Below, piece by piece: positions 17,371 through 25,883 of a stretch of DNA of 25,883 nucleotides. The notes below the pieces were generated by a model. That model made no database searches, was not told the DNA's origin, and was given only the letters and a program-made list of their open reading frames with translations. The position numbers were made by a program, and so were the translations under genes. Source of the stretch: an uncultured archaeon (GTDB lineage: Archaea; Asgardarchaeota; Lokiarchaeia; Sigyniarchaeales; SOKP01); contig CAZWEM010000055.1 in NCBI GenBank assembly GCA_964632315.1, positions 1-25,883 on the forward strand, given 5' to 3'. Within the stretch, counting starts at the first letter, position 1. Every line of letters begins with the position of its first letter.

Positions 17371-17978
17371 AAAAAATGATCGTTATTATTGATTACGGTT
17401 CTGGTAACTTACGTTCAATCCAGAAGAGCATTCGTAAATTCTATAGGGATGTTCGTATTACAGATGATTTGAATGTTATTGAAAAAGCTGATGCTCTTAT
17501 CCTTCCTGGTGTAGGCGCATTTGGAGATGCAGTTAACAAATTAATTGAAGACGGATTATTCGACTATCTAAAGCTTAAGATATTAAAAATGCCAACATTG
17601 GGAATATGTTTAGGAATGCAACTCTTATTTTCCTATTCTGAAGAAACTAATGGAGTTAACGGTTTAAATATAATTCCTGGTAAGGTTGTTAAATTAAAAA
17701 AACAATCCTCAATAAGGATACCGCACACTGGTTGGAATAGAATAATCCCAGTAACTCAACCCTACTTTTTCGGTTATGCATACTTCAATCATTCATTTTA
17801 TTGCATTCCTGAAGATCCTAAGATCATTGTTTCTTATGTTCACCATGGTTCATCCATTCCCGTAATAATCGTGAGGAATAACATTATTGGAACACAATTT
17901 CATCCAGAAAAGAGCAAGAATACTGGAAATGCTATATTGAAATATTTTGTTTCCCAAATTAGGAGGAATTTAATTTGA
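17367..17978 (+). CDS. hisH: imidazole glycerol phosphate synthase glutaminase subunit
   Basis: IIDYGSGNLRS, LPGVGAF, GICLGMQ (catalytic Cys), PHTGWN, QFHPEKS (His-x-Glu). Confidence 0.97.
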   Translation: MKKMIVIIDYGSGNLRSIQKSIRKFYRDVRITDDLNVIEKADALILPGVGAFGDAVNKLIEDGLFDYLKLKILKMPTLGICLGMQLLFSYSEETNGVNGLNIIPGKVVKLKKQSSIRIPHTGWNRIIPVTQPYFFGYAYFNHSFYCIPEDPKIIVSYVHHGSSIPVIIVRNNIIGTQFHPEKSKNTGNAILKYFVSQIRRNLI

Positions 17979-19477
17979 AAAAGATTATTCCAGCAATTGA
18001 TCTTTATAATAATAGAGTAGTAAGACTTATTCAAGGAGATTTTGAGCATTTAACTACTTATTCAATCGAACCCTTAAAAGTAATTAAAAATTTTCTACAT
18101 AAAGGTGTTTCAAATGTTCACATCGTAGATCTGAATGGGGCAAAGGAGGGTAATATTAAGAATAGCATAAATTTTGAAACAATTATCTCTTTAATTAAAG
18201 AATGCGATAAATGGGGGGTTGAATCACAGTTAGGAGGGGGAATTCGATCTAAAGAAATCATTGAAGGATTATTAAATATCGGTCTTGGCAAGATCATTTT
18301 AGGGTCCTTACCATTTGAAGAGAAGAAAATATTTGCCAAGATTATTCAAAATTTCGGAGAAAACATAATCGTAGCATTAGATGTGCTCAATAATAAAGTA
18401 AGGATTAAAGCTTGGGCTCAGAATACTGAGATTGATTTAAAAACCCAATTACGAGCGTTCGAAAATGAAGGAATTTCGAATTTTATAATAACTGATATCT
18501 CTCGTGATGGAACTTTAAATGGTCCAAACATCGAACTCTATGAGAAAATGAAGATTCTCAAAAAAGCTGAATCAGAAATAATTGCTTCTGGAGGTATTAG
18601 AAGCTTGAATGATGTTAAACACGTACTTAAATATGCGGATGGTGTAGTTATTGGCAAAGCATTATATGACAACAGGATAAGTGGTAATAATCTCGAATCT
18701 ATCGTTCTTAATTATAATCCGACTAATTTAATAAAGAGAATTATTCCATGTCTCGATGTTAAAGATGGAAGAGTGGTAAAAGGTGTAAATTTCAAAAATT
18801 TAAAAGATAGTGGAGATCCTGTAGAGCTTGCAAAATATTATAATTCTCAAGGAGCTGATGAATTAGTTTTCTTAGATATCTCTGCAACTTTAGAGGAGCG
18901 GGAGAGTATTTTAAAAGTGATACGAGAAGTTTCCGAAGAGGTATATATACCTTTCACTGTTGGAGGAGGAATAAAAAATGTAGAAGATATAACTAAAATA
19001 ATCAATGCAGGAGCTGAAAAAGTTTGCATAAACACTGCAGCAGTTATAAATCCCAAAATAATACAACTGGGTTCTCAGAAGTTCGGTTCTCAAAGTATCA
19101 TGGTAGCTATCGATGTAAAGAAAGTAAATAACAGCTGGGAAGTTTATATAAAATCAGGAACTGAAGCAACTGGCATCGATGCTTTATTTTGGGTACAAGA
19201 TGTAGTAAAAAGAGGAGCAGGAGAAATTCTCATCACGAGCATGGACAGAGATGGAACACAAACCGGATACGACTTAGATCTTATCCGGAGCATATCAAAA
19301 GCAGTTCCTGTACCTATCATAGCTTCTGGTGGTGCTGGAAATTACAATCATTTCTATCAAGCGATCAATAATGGGGCTGAAGCAGTTTTGGCAGCATCAT
19401 TATTTCATAAAAGAATGATAACAATTCGTGATTTAAAGTACTTTCTTCGAAATAAAAACATAAGGGTTAGGATCTAG
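17975..19477 (+). CDS. hisA-hisF: HisA-HisF fusion: ProFAR isomerase (N-terminal half) plus imidazole glycerol phosphate synthase cyclase (C-terminal half)
   Basis: N-half: IIPAIDL...[46 protein letters not shown]-half from ~18728: [64 protein letters not shown]. One open frame, no Met at the junction. Confidence 0.95.
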   Translation: MKKIIPAIDLYNNRVVRLIQGDFEHLTTYSIEPLKVIKNFLHKGVSNVHIVDLNGAKEGNIKNSINFETIISLIKECDKWGVESQLGGGIRSKEIIEGLLNIGLGKIILGSLPFEEKKIFAKIIQNFGENIIVALDVLNNKVRIKAWAQNTEIDLKTQLRAFENEGISNFIITDISRDGTLNGPNIELYEKMKILKKAESEIIASGGIRSLNDVKHVLKYADGVVIGKALYDNRISGNNLESIVLNYNPTNLIKRIIPCLDVKDGRVVKGVNFKNLKDSGDPVELAKYYNSQGADELVFLDISATLEERESILKVIREVSEEVYIPFTVGGGIKNVEDITKIINAGAEKVCINTAAVINPKIIQLGSQKFGSQSIMVAIDVKKVNNSWEVYIKSGTEATGIDALFWVQDVVKRGAGEILITSMDRDGTQTGYDLDLIRSISKAVPVPIIASGGAGNYNHFYQAINNGAEAVLAASLFHKRMITIRDLKYFLRNKNIRVRI

Positions 19478-19479
19478 CA

Positions 19480-19572
19480 ATTGTTATAATTGGTATTGAA
19501 AATCTAAATTCAAGTCTGTAATGATCAAAATTAATATATGACTTTTTATTTTAATGATCAAATTATAACAAT
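19480..19572. promoter_or_regulatory. inverted and direct repeat element between the his operon and the Lrp gene
   Basis: 12-bp inverted repeat ATTGTTATAATT (19480-19491)/AATTATAACAAT (19561-19572) around two TAATGATCAAA copies (19519, 19552) 33 bp apart. Confidence 0.45.
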
Positions 19573-19668
19573 AATACGTAAACTTTTTTATTTAAACAAA
19601 GCAATATTATCAATAGAATCAAGTGAAAAAATCAATTTTACATTAAAAAATCAATAAAATGATTAAAA

Positions 19669-20088
19669 ATGGATGTTATTGATCTTAAAATTCTCGAAGA
19701 ATTGAAAGCGGACGGCAGAATGTCCTACAATAAGATAAGCAAACGCATAGGTAAAACGGAAGCAACTGTTAGAAGGCGCGTTCAAAGTTTAATTGAAGAT
19801 GGAGTGATCAAGCGTTTTACTATCGATTATGAAATGGATTCAAAGCCAAAAGTCAGTGCAACTATTAAAATAGAGCCCGATTTTAAGGATATTAAAAGAA
19901 TATTAACTGAATTAAAAGCAATTGGAGAAATTAGCGTTATTTGGCGTTTATCCGGAGATTGTGGCTTGTTAATGAAAGTTGATATTCCTTCAATTGAAGA
20001 ATTTAACCCCTTGATTGAAGATAAAATTTCACAAATTCAGGGAATTAAAATTGTAGAAACTTGTTTTATAACGGATGTAATTAAATAA
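19669..20088 (+). CDS. Lrp/AsnC family transcriptional regulator
   Basis: MDVIDLKILEELKADGRMSYNKISKRIGKTEATVRRRVQSLIEDGVIKRF HTH, plus a C-terminal RAM-like domain (VIWRLSGDCGLLMKV). Confidence 0.95.
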   Translation: MDVIDLKILEELKADGRMSYNKISKRIGKTEATVRRRVQSLIEDGVIKRFTIDYEMDSKPKVSATIKIEPDFKDIKRILTELKAIGEISVIWRLSGDCGLLMKVDIPSIEEFNPLIEDKISQIQGIKIVETCFITDVIK

Positions 20089-20111
20089 TAAACTCCAGAA
20101 GTAATAATATT

Positions 20112-20792
20112 CTAAGACAAGAGAAGAGTGGAATAAGTCATAATTAACCGAATAATGGTTTTAAATGCTTCCTCAACATTCTCCCCATTTTTTGCAGAAA
20201 CTTCCACATATCCATTTAATTTATTGGCTTTTGCGATACTAATGGCTTGTTGAGAGGAAACTTGACGTTGTTCTTCTAAATCTGTTTTATTACCAATTAA
20301 TAGGACAGGAAACTGATTTGGATTTGAAATCATAGTTCTCAAGGAACTAAACCATTTTTCGTAATTTTGTAGGGAGTGAATTTTTGTAATATCGAACATA
20401 AATATCGCAGCTACTGCTCCCTTCCCATAAGTTGAGAAAAACATTTGAAATCGTTCAAAATCTTTGAATCGCCATATTTGGAGTTGATACAACTTATCTT
20501 CTAAAACAATTAATTTAGAATGAAATCCTATTCCAAGCTCTTCGTTTAACGTGGGTTTTGAAATAACTTCTTTTGCATGATTTTTTAATATTGTTTGTTT
20601 ACCTACTTCAGAATTCCCAATTACAATTATCTTAAATGTTTTATCAAAAGTGGTTTTAACTGATCTTTTTGGGGTAGTTTTTGGGATCATTTTCTCTTTA
20701 TCACTGACTAAAATCGAAAATGGAGGACTTTTCACATTTTCAGGAATGCTCCGGAGATGCCTTTTTTTTTTCCAATCTTTATAATAGCGCAT
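20112..20792 (-). CDS. Rab-like small GTPase (Ras superfamily) with degenerate G3 motif
   Basis: FKIIVIGNSEVGKQT (G1), LQIWRFKDFERF (G3 position), MFDIT, LLIGNKTDL (G4), YVEVSAKNGENVEEAF (G5). No C-terminal Cys prenylation motif. Confidence 0.9.
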   Translation of the reverse strand: MRYYKDWKKKRHLRSIPENVKSPPFSILVSDKEKMIPKTTPKRSVKTTFDKTFKIIVIGNSEVGKQTILKNHAKEVISKPTLNEELGIGFHSKLIVLEDKLYQLQIWRFKDFERFQMFFSTYGKGAVAAIFMFDITKIHSLQNYEKWFSSLRTMISNPNQFPVLLIGNKTDLEEQRQVSSQQAISIAKANKLNGYVEVSAKNGENVEEAFKTIIRLIMTYSTLLLS

Positions 20793-21110
20793 GATAATTC
20801 TGATGAAACATTCTCGATAATTGCTAATTATTTCTGAATTTAAGCGTTTTTCCTTTAAACTTATGAATTTCGCTAGTTAGGTATCATTATTATAATGCAA
20901 ATAATTACTATTAAATCTTACTCTCGGTAAAGTATCAAAGTAGGTAATGAAATATTCGATCTTTGAACCAATGAGTTTTTTATCAATTCTTTTAGATTTG
21001 AAAATTAATAATCTTTCATTGCCTTTTATTTTTATAATTTTCTTACCTTATGTTACAACTAATAAAAATTAGCTTTAAAGTATTAATACGATAAAAAATT
21101 GAGTAGAATA

Positions 21111-21272
21111 ATGATCACAGATAATAAATTGGACTTGCTCGCGTGTCCTTTTTCTCACGTGTGCAATTTGCCTAAAAATCACAATACGTGTGGTTTTCCA
21201 GAATATAAAATGTGTCCAGAACATGACCAAAAATTATTTAAATTAAAGGCTTCTGCGAAGATCCTGCATTAA
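21111..21272 (+). CDS. small Cys-rich protein (53 aa), putative metal-binding
   Basis: MITDNKLDLLACPFSHVCNLPKNHNTCGFPEYKMCPEHDQKLFKLKASAKILH*, with C-x5-C-x8-C-x7-C. Shorter than any ORF in the supplied track. Confidence 0.65.
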   Translation: MITDNKLDLLACPFSHVCNLPKNHNTCGFPEYKMCPEHDQKLFKLKASAKILH

Positions 21273-21418
21273 TTTTAAAATTAATCTTTTTAAAAAGGAT
21301 AAAATGATTTTAGGCAGAAAGAGTTTAATTTACCATGTAAAATAGAAACTTTGAAAAATTTGAATAGGACCATCTATTCATAAGACTTTTATAAAATAAG
21401 AAATGTCATGAAAACTTT

Positions 21419-21700
21419 TTAAATATCTTTTTCAATACTTTCGACTAAACAATCATCGAGTGTAATATCTACTTCGACTTCCGAGGTCTGAATCTTCTTG
21501 GCGACTTTTCTCAGGCCGTAATCATTTACCAATAATTCAAGTAAGTTCTTATAGAGTCCTTCAAGATTTTCCAAGCCAGCATTGTGGTATAGCTCCTCGG
21601 AAACTCCTAAATTTAGCACATCATACAATCCTTTTATAGATTCCTTTATATTTTCAAAATTCTTCAGTGCCTTTTCTTCGACCTTATCTGAGAAGCTCAT
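21419..21700 (-). CDS. hypothetical helical protein (93 aa)
   Basis: A strong RBS (GAGGTGA) lies just upstream of ATG 21700 (MSFSDKVEEKALKNFENIK...). The track's extension to 21844 looks non-coding. Confidence 0.7.
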   Translation of the reverse strand: MSFSDKVEEKALKNFENIKESIKGLYDVLNLGVSEELYHNAGLENLEGLYKNLLELLVNDYGLRKVAKKIQTSEVEVDITLDDCLVESIEKDI

Positions 21701-22302
21701 TTTTTTCTTCACCTCTAAGTAACTCATAGTAACCAAAGTATTTAAATTGATCGTTTTCCTACATTTATGTGATCCCAAAACATATATAGGAGTATGCATA
21801 TCGAAAAAAATAATAGTTACATTTCCGACATTCACGAGAATCATATTATTGGATTGTTGAATTTGAGCATATTTCGGTGATCATTTTTCTACATTTCAAC
21901 GAAATCACGTGATAAAGTTTTAATTTTGATCATAAACGAAAAGACCTAAACTTAGGATTGAGGAATACTGACATTTTTACCCCTATCTTTAGGCAGTTAG
22001 AAAAGGATCTTAAGGATAATTTGTCAATATGGATAATAATGTAAGATTTGATGCAGAATCTCTGAGTTTTTTATGCTTATTGATAAAAATTGGTAGATTC
22101 ATTTACCTTATTCATATATTATTAATATATTCCTCTTTAATTCTTTACATAAATATATAAAAGAATAATCTATCACATATCAGACGATCAGTTTCAGAAA
22201 ACGCTTTTATAATGGACACCATTTTTTAAAGTAAATTGTAAAACATTTATTAAATAAAATCACTATATCAACATTAATTTGAAATTATTCAAGTGAAATT
22301 AC

Positions 22303-22770
22303 ATGGCAAGAAGTAAAAGTTATATCGCAGCATATTTTGCAGGTTTGATAGGAATTGTAGTTCTTCTTACACCAGTTGCTTATCATAATAGTTCATTAAT
22401 TGAATCTTACATATGGATGTGGGGATTATATACATGGAAACCTTTACTGGGGGATACTAGCTTTAATTTTACCGATGATTCGGGATATCTTACTTGGGGA
22501 TTAATATCAACTCTCTTAATCTTGGTTGCAACTCTAATTATAATTTCTACTGCACGAAAAGCAAGCAAAAAAGGCAGCAAATACGGATTTTTATGGTTTG
22601 TATGTGCAGTTTTATTCATTGCTGCTCCTCTTGTATTTTATTTCGGACTGAGTTCAGAACTACCTTCGTGGCTTAGCGATCTATTTTGGGATTTTTACAG
22701 CTTTCAGTTTGCTTTTTTTGGTTCATTCGCAGCAGGTCTGTTTTCATTAATTGCTGCTTTTGTAAAATAA
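22303..22770 (+). CDS. 4-TM membrane protein
   Basis: Four hydrophobic helices; the first loop contains YIWMWGLYTW; a T-rich tract follows the stop. Confidence 0.8.
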   Translation: MARSKSYIAAYFAGLIGIVVLLTPVAYHNSSLIESYIWMWGLYTWKPLLGDTSFNFTDDSGYLTWGLISTLLILVATLIIISTARKASKKGSKYGFLWFVCAVLFIAAPLVFYFGLSSELPSWLSDLFWDFYSFQFAFFGSFAAGLFSLIAAFVK

Positions 22771-23134
22771 ATCTTAAAATACCATATCATTTCTTTTTTT
22801 TAATTATCATTTTTGATCCATAATTTGAATGCGATGTTTCATAGTAAGAGAAGCAATTAATTGCCATGATCATACATAAATCTATGCATTCCTGCTTTTT
22901 GTGTCAAGCTTGAACGTTTCATTGATTTTAAATCTTGTTTAAATTGATTAATGAAAAAGCTTCATCAATGGATAAGTATCGAGTTTCGAAATGCATACCC
23001 CTTAAGATAAATTGGTATGAATTTTTTCTTTTGTTAACATTATCTAAATCGATTTTAACATCTAATAAACAACAACATTTAAATCTTCATAAAAAATATG
23101 TAAAAAATAATTCCTAATTAGAAGCTCTGAAAGA

Positions 23135-24055
23135 TCAACAAGCTATCGCAGTAGCTTCAACGGGCTTACTCGTACATTCAATTAAAAATTTCTTAAATGT
23201 AACGGGATCTCTTCCAAGCACTTTTCTTACATCATCTGTAATTTTTGCATTAAGACCTTTTCTAACAGGATAATACAATCCAAGAGTCATGTTTATAACT
23301 TCTTCGGGAATGCCTCCTGATTTGAGAGAATCTCTCATATCTTCTTCTGAAATTGGCTTATACGTGATTTCTTTTTCCCAAATTTCAGACATTATTGAAG
23401 CGATTTCATGATGATCAAGAGCTTCTGGACCCGTTAGAATATAGACTTGATTGATGTATATCTTATTGATAAGGATTTCTGCGATTACTGCCGCTATATC
23501 TCTGGTATCTATAAAACTAGTTTGTCCATCTCCAGCTGGGATAATTATTTCCCCATCGTTCTTGATCGAATCTGAGAGAAAGCCAGTAGTGAAGTTTTCC
23601 ATGAAGAAATTTGGTCTTATTATTGTGTATGGTATTCCAGAGTTTTTTACATGTAATTCTACTTTCCTTAAGGGTATCTCATCACTTTGCTCTACCCCAT
23701 AAGCTGATAGTACTACGATATGCTTTACTTCTTTCTCTATTGCATAATCTATTGCTGGTTTTAAAAGTTCAAACGCTTTAGGATCAAGTGGGGGCGCGAT
23801 AAATAACACCTTCTCGATATCCTCAAAAGTTTCTTCAAATGTCTCCGGTTTTGTGTAATCAAAATACGTTAAATCATCGATGTTTAATTCTAGGTCTTTT
23901 GCTTTATCAAAGTTTCTCACGGCTCCTCTGACATTCACGCTCTCATCTTCTAATATGTTAAATACCTTACTTCCGACGTGCCCCGTTGCTCCTGTTATCA
24001 ATATTTTACCTGAATGATCTCCTAAACCTATGTATCTTAAAATTCTGTTTTTCAT
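23135..24055 (-). CDS. NmrA-like / atypical SDR NAD(P)-binding oxidoreductase
   Basis: ILITGATGHVGS Rossmann motif, HIVVLS, YTIIRPNFFMEN, FIDTRDIAAV, LTGPEAL, VLGRDP. GGTGA RBS upstream. Confidence 0.9.
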   Translation of the reverse strand: MKNRILRYIGLGDHSGKILITGATGHVGSKVFNILEDESVNVRGAVRNFDKAKDLELNIDDLTYFDYTKPETFEETFEDIEKVLFIAPPLDPKAFELLKPAIDYAIEKEVKHIVVLSAYGVEQSDEIPLRKVELHVKNSGIPYTIIRPNFFMENFTTGFLSDSIKNDGEIIIPAGDGQTSFIDTRDIAAVIAEILINKIYINQVYILTGPEALDHHEIASIMSEIWEKEITYKPISEEDMRDSLKSGGIPEEVINMTLGLYYPVRKGLNAKITDDVRKVLGRDPVTFKKFLIECTSKPVEATAIAC

Positions 24056-24511
24056 TAAATCACCAACTTAATAATATCTAATACGTTACTGATAAATGAA
24101 TATAATAAATCTGGGGATTAACTCGGAAAGTAAGATATTAGGCTTAAATGATGATTTATAAGAGAAATATGAATTTAGGTTATCAAATATTTATGAATTC
24201 CAGCATGAATATCCCATTTAAAGCCCATTTTGGATGATCTTATCTTAAAATGAATTGAAAGTATAAATTCTCGCTTGGAAATTAATCTTAGAAAATTTTT
24301 CTTTCTAATAGTTAGGAAAAGTTATAAGTTGGATCGAAAAATCTTGATATTTTGATCTCAAAGAATTCATATATTTATTCTGTCGTTCAATGATATACAA
24401 ATAATTTAAGATCGCCGCATTTTAGAATTTCATCTCATTGGAAAGCACAACTATTTAATCATGAATTTCTATATTTAACATAAAGGCTTAATCGAAAAGG
24501 AGGGCTTTAAC

Positions 24512-24832
24512 TTGGAGACTGATAAATTTACAATTCAATGTGATGATTTAGAAAGTATAATCGCAGACATTAATCCTGAAGTTGATAATCTGTCAAGATA
24601 TACAGAAAACAGCGGAAAAGTCATTGTACTCATCGGTGAGAGGTATTATTTTAGAATCGAATCCAATCTCGCAGCGACAATTATTATCGATCGCATTAAT
24701 GCTAATGAATACCAGATCGTGATTGTTTCTGCAGGTGGTAAGAAAGGCTTGATGGGAGTCACTTAGGGTGCAGAAAAGTCAATGTTAAAGAGAATAAAGG
24801 ATGTATTTTTAAATCATATAGAAGTTTATTAA
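24512..24832 (+). pseudogene. DUF6054-like protein interrupted by an in-frame TAG at 24764-24766
   Basis: ERYYFRIESNLAATIII...IVSAGGKKGLMGVT-TAG-GAEKSMLKRIKDVFLNHIEVY*. The GAE motif I recall for this family lies after the TAG. GGAGG RBS before TTG 24512. Confidence 0.6.
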
Positions 24833-24982
24833 AGGGAAAAGAAAGATATAGTATTATTCTTAGGTCGATCCTAATATTAATCACCAAAATTGCTTTGAGT
24901 TTTTCTGGTATTATCCAGAATTAATCAACTCTAAAGGATTTAATGAATGTCAAAATTGTAATTATATAAAAGAGGTAAAATC

Positions 24983-25639
24983 GTGCCTGCAATTCCTACC
25001 ACTGAAGTGAATGGAAGTAAGTTATTGTCGCATATTAAGGGAGAAGTTCAAGGCAATGGAACTGAGGCTGATCCGTATCAAATTAGTAGTGAAAATGAAT
25101 TTCCTGAAGATGTAAAATTAGAAAAATGTGAAATGCATTTAATCTTTAAAGGGTTATATTTTCAAGGATTTGGTGTGATAGATTCAAAAAACATCTCATT
25201 TATTGATTGTTCCTTTATTGGCATTACTCTCCAACGTAGTGTAAATTTAAAGCTGATAAATTGCAAAACAATGAACCTTAGTTTAATGAACGGGAGGGAG
25301 TCTTATTTCAAAGGCTGTCAGATTAACATAATTCACAACTTTGGTAGTTCAGGAAACATTTTTGAGAATTGTGAAATTGGAAACCCGCAAGCCCTCAAGA
25401 AGGATATACTTGGAGCGATTGAGTTTCATAAAATCATTCTATATTTAATGTTGTTCCTCATCGCGACCCTATTTCCCGATGTTTACTTTTCAATCGTGTA
25501 TTGGAATAATTACTTTTCTATCATTGGCATTTCCATAGTATTCGAACGTGAAGAATCCTTAGCTAGAAGAAGCGACACCATTCTTACGCTTTCGGATGTT
25601 GGTGCTGAATTGCTCTATAGATACCAGACCATGATCTAA
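24983..25639 (+). CDS. parallel beta-helix repeat protein with C-terminal TM segments
   Basis: GNGTEADPYQI motif, common at the start of archaeal beta-helix surface proteins; S-x-N/I-x-x-C repeats; hydrophobic IILYLMLFLIATLF and YFSIIGISIVF. GAGGT RBS before GTG. Confidence 0.7.
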   Translation: MPAIPTTEVNGSKLLSHIKGEVQGNGTEADPYQISSENEFPEDVKLEKCEMHLIFKGLYFQGFGVIDSKNISFIDCSFIGITLQRSVNLKLINCKTMNLSLMNGRESYFKGCQINIIHNFGSSGNIFENCEIGNPQALKKDILGAIEFHKIILYLMLFLIATLFPDVYFSIVYWNNYFSIIGISIVFEREESLARRSDTILTLSDVGAELLYRYQTMI

Positions 25640-25883
25640 ATGCCTATACTTAAGTTATAGCTATTATTTATTCAAAGGTTTCCTCATGTGGCATTTGTGA
25701 TAATAATTCATCACAAAAAAGTATCCAAATCATATATTTTAATAATTTTAAGTCGGATCATAAATGTTTTTCGTTCTTCCCGACGAATTGAATATGTGTA
25801 AATCACGATTTATACCTATAACACTCCCAATATGATCAATTTTGTCTATTTTGCGATCCTTGATCACACTTTTCTAGCTAGTT

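Noticed and set aside
12808-19371. Short alternative-frame and antisense ORFs inside his genes (12808, 16087, 18118, 18847, 18911, 19189)
   Set aside because: They lie fully within conserved enzymes and show no independent coding signal.
1697-20114. Genome-wide TAG recoding
   Set aside because: TAG ends hisA-hisF and the flavodoxin at their expected C-termini, so it works as a normal stop here.
21701-21844. N-terminal 48 aa of the track's 141-aa ORF
   Set aside because: A strong GAGGTGA RBS precedes ATG 21700, and the extension covers probable promoter DNA.
23114-23140. The NmrA-like gene ends ...AIAC-TGA, resembling a Cys-Sec motif, and Lokiarchaeia are known to use selenocysteine
   Set aside because: The SDR domain is already complete, this is not a known selenoprotein family, and I could not find a convincing SECIS-like hairpin downstream. 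TGA is most simply the stop.
22407-23702. Track ORFs at 22407, 22494, 22935 and 23451
   Set aside because: They are shadows of real genes, or short TTG-start ORFs with no RBS or motif.
1-25883. CRISPR array, tRNA/rRNA, transposase, integrase or reverse transcriptase
   Set aside because: No regularly spaced repeats, GC-rich structural RNA or mobile-element motifs were seen.

Overview
AT-rich archaeal window, most likely from an Asgard (Lokiarchaeia-like) genome. The lineage is inferred from a Rab-like small GTPase, a Roadblock/LC7 protein, two longin-like proteins, an Lrp/AsnC regulator and GGTGA/GGAGG ribosome-binding sites. The core is a 7.1-kb histidine operon: hisIE (with an unexplained ~115-aa N-terminal extension), hisG, hisD, hisC, hisB, hisH and a single-ORF hisA-hisF fusion. 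The most striking unannotated element lies directly upstream of the operon: a short ORF (12157..12303, internal ATG at 12253) ending in His-His-Cys-Gln-His-His-Tyr-stop. It is followed by two hairpins, with alternative pairings, that abut the hisIE ribosome-binding site. This is a candidate histidine-sensing leader-peptide attenuator in an archaeon. The flanks carry eukaryotic-signature and membrane proteins (a receptor-like ectodomain-TM-longin protein, a 6-TM protein, a Roadblock-Zn-ribbon protein, a Rab-like protein with a degenerate G3 motif, and a 4-TM protein with claudin-like topology). Also present are two flavodoxins, an alkyl-sulfatase-like MBL hydrolase, a wHTH + DUF6569/ARPP-1-like pair, an NmrA-like SDR, an unannotated 53-aa Cys4 protein and several broken genes. 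No rRNA, tRNA, CRISPR array or mobile element was recognised. All family calls come from reading motifs by eye, not from database searches.
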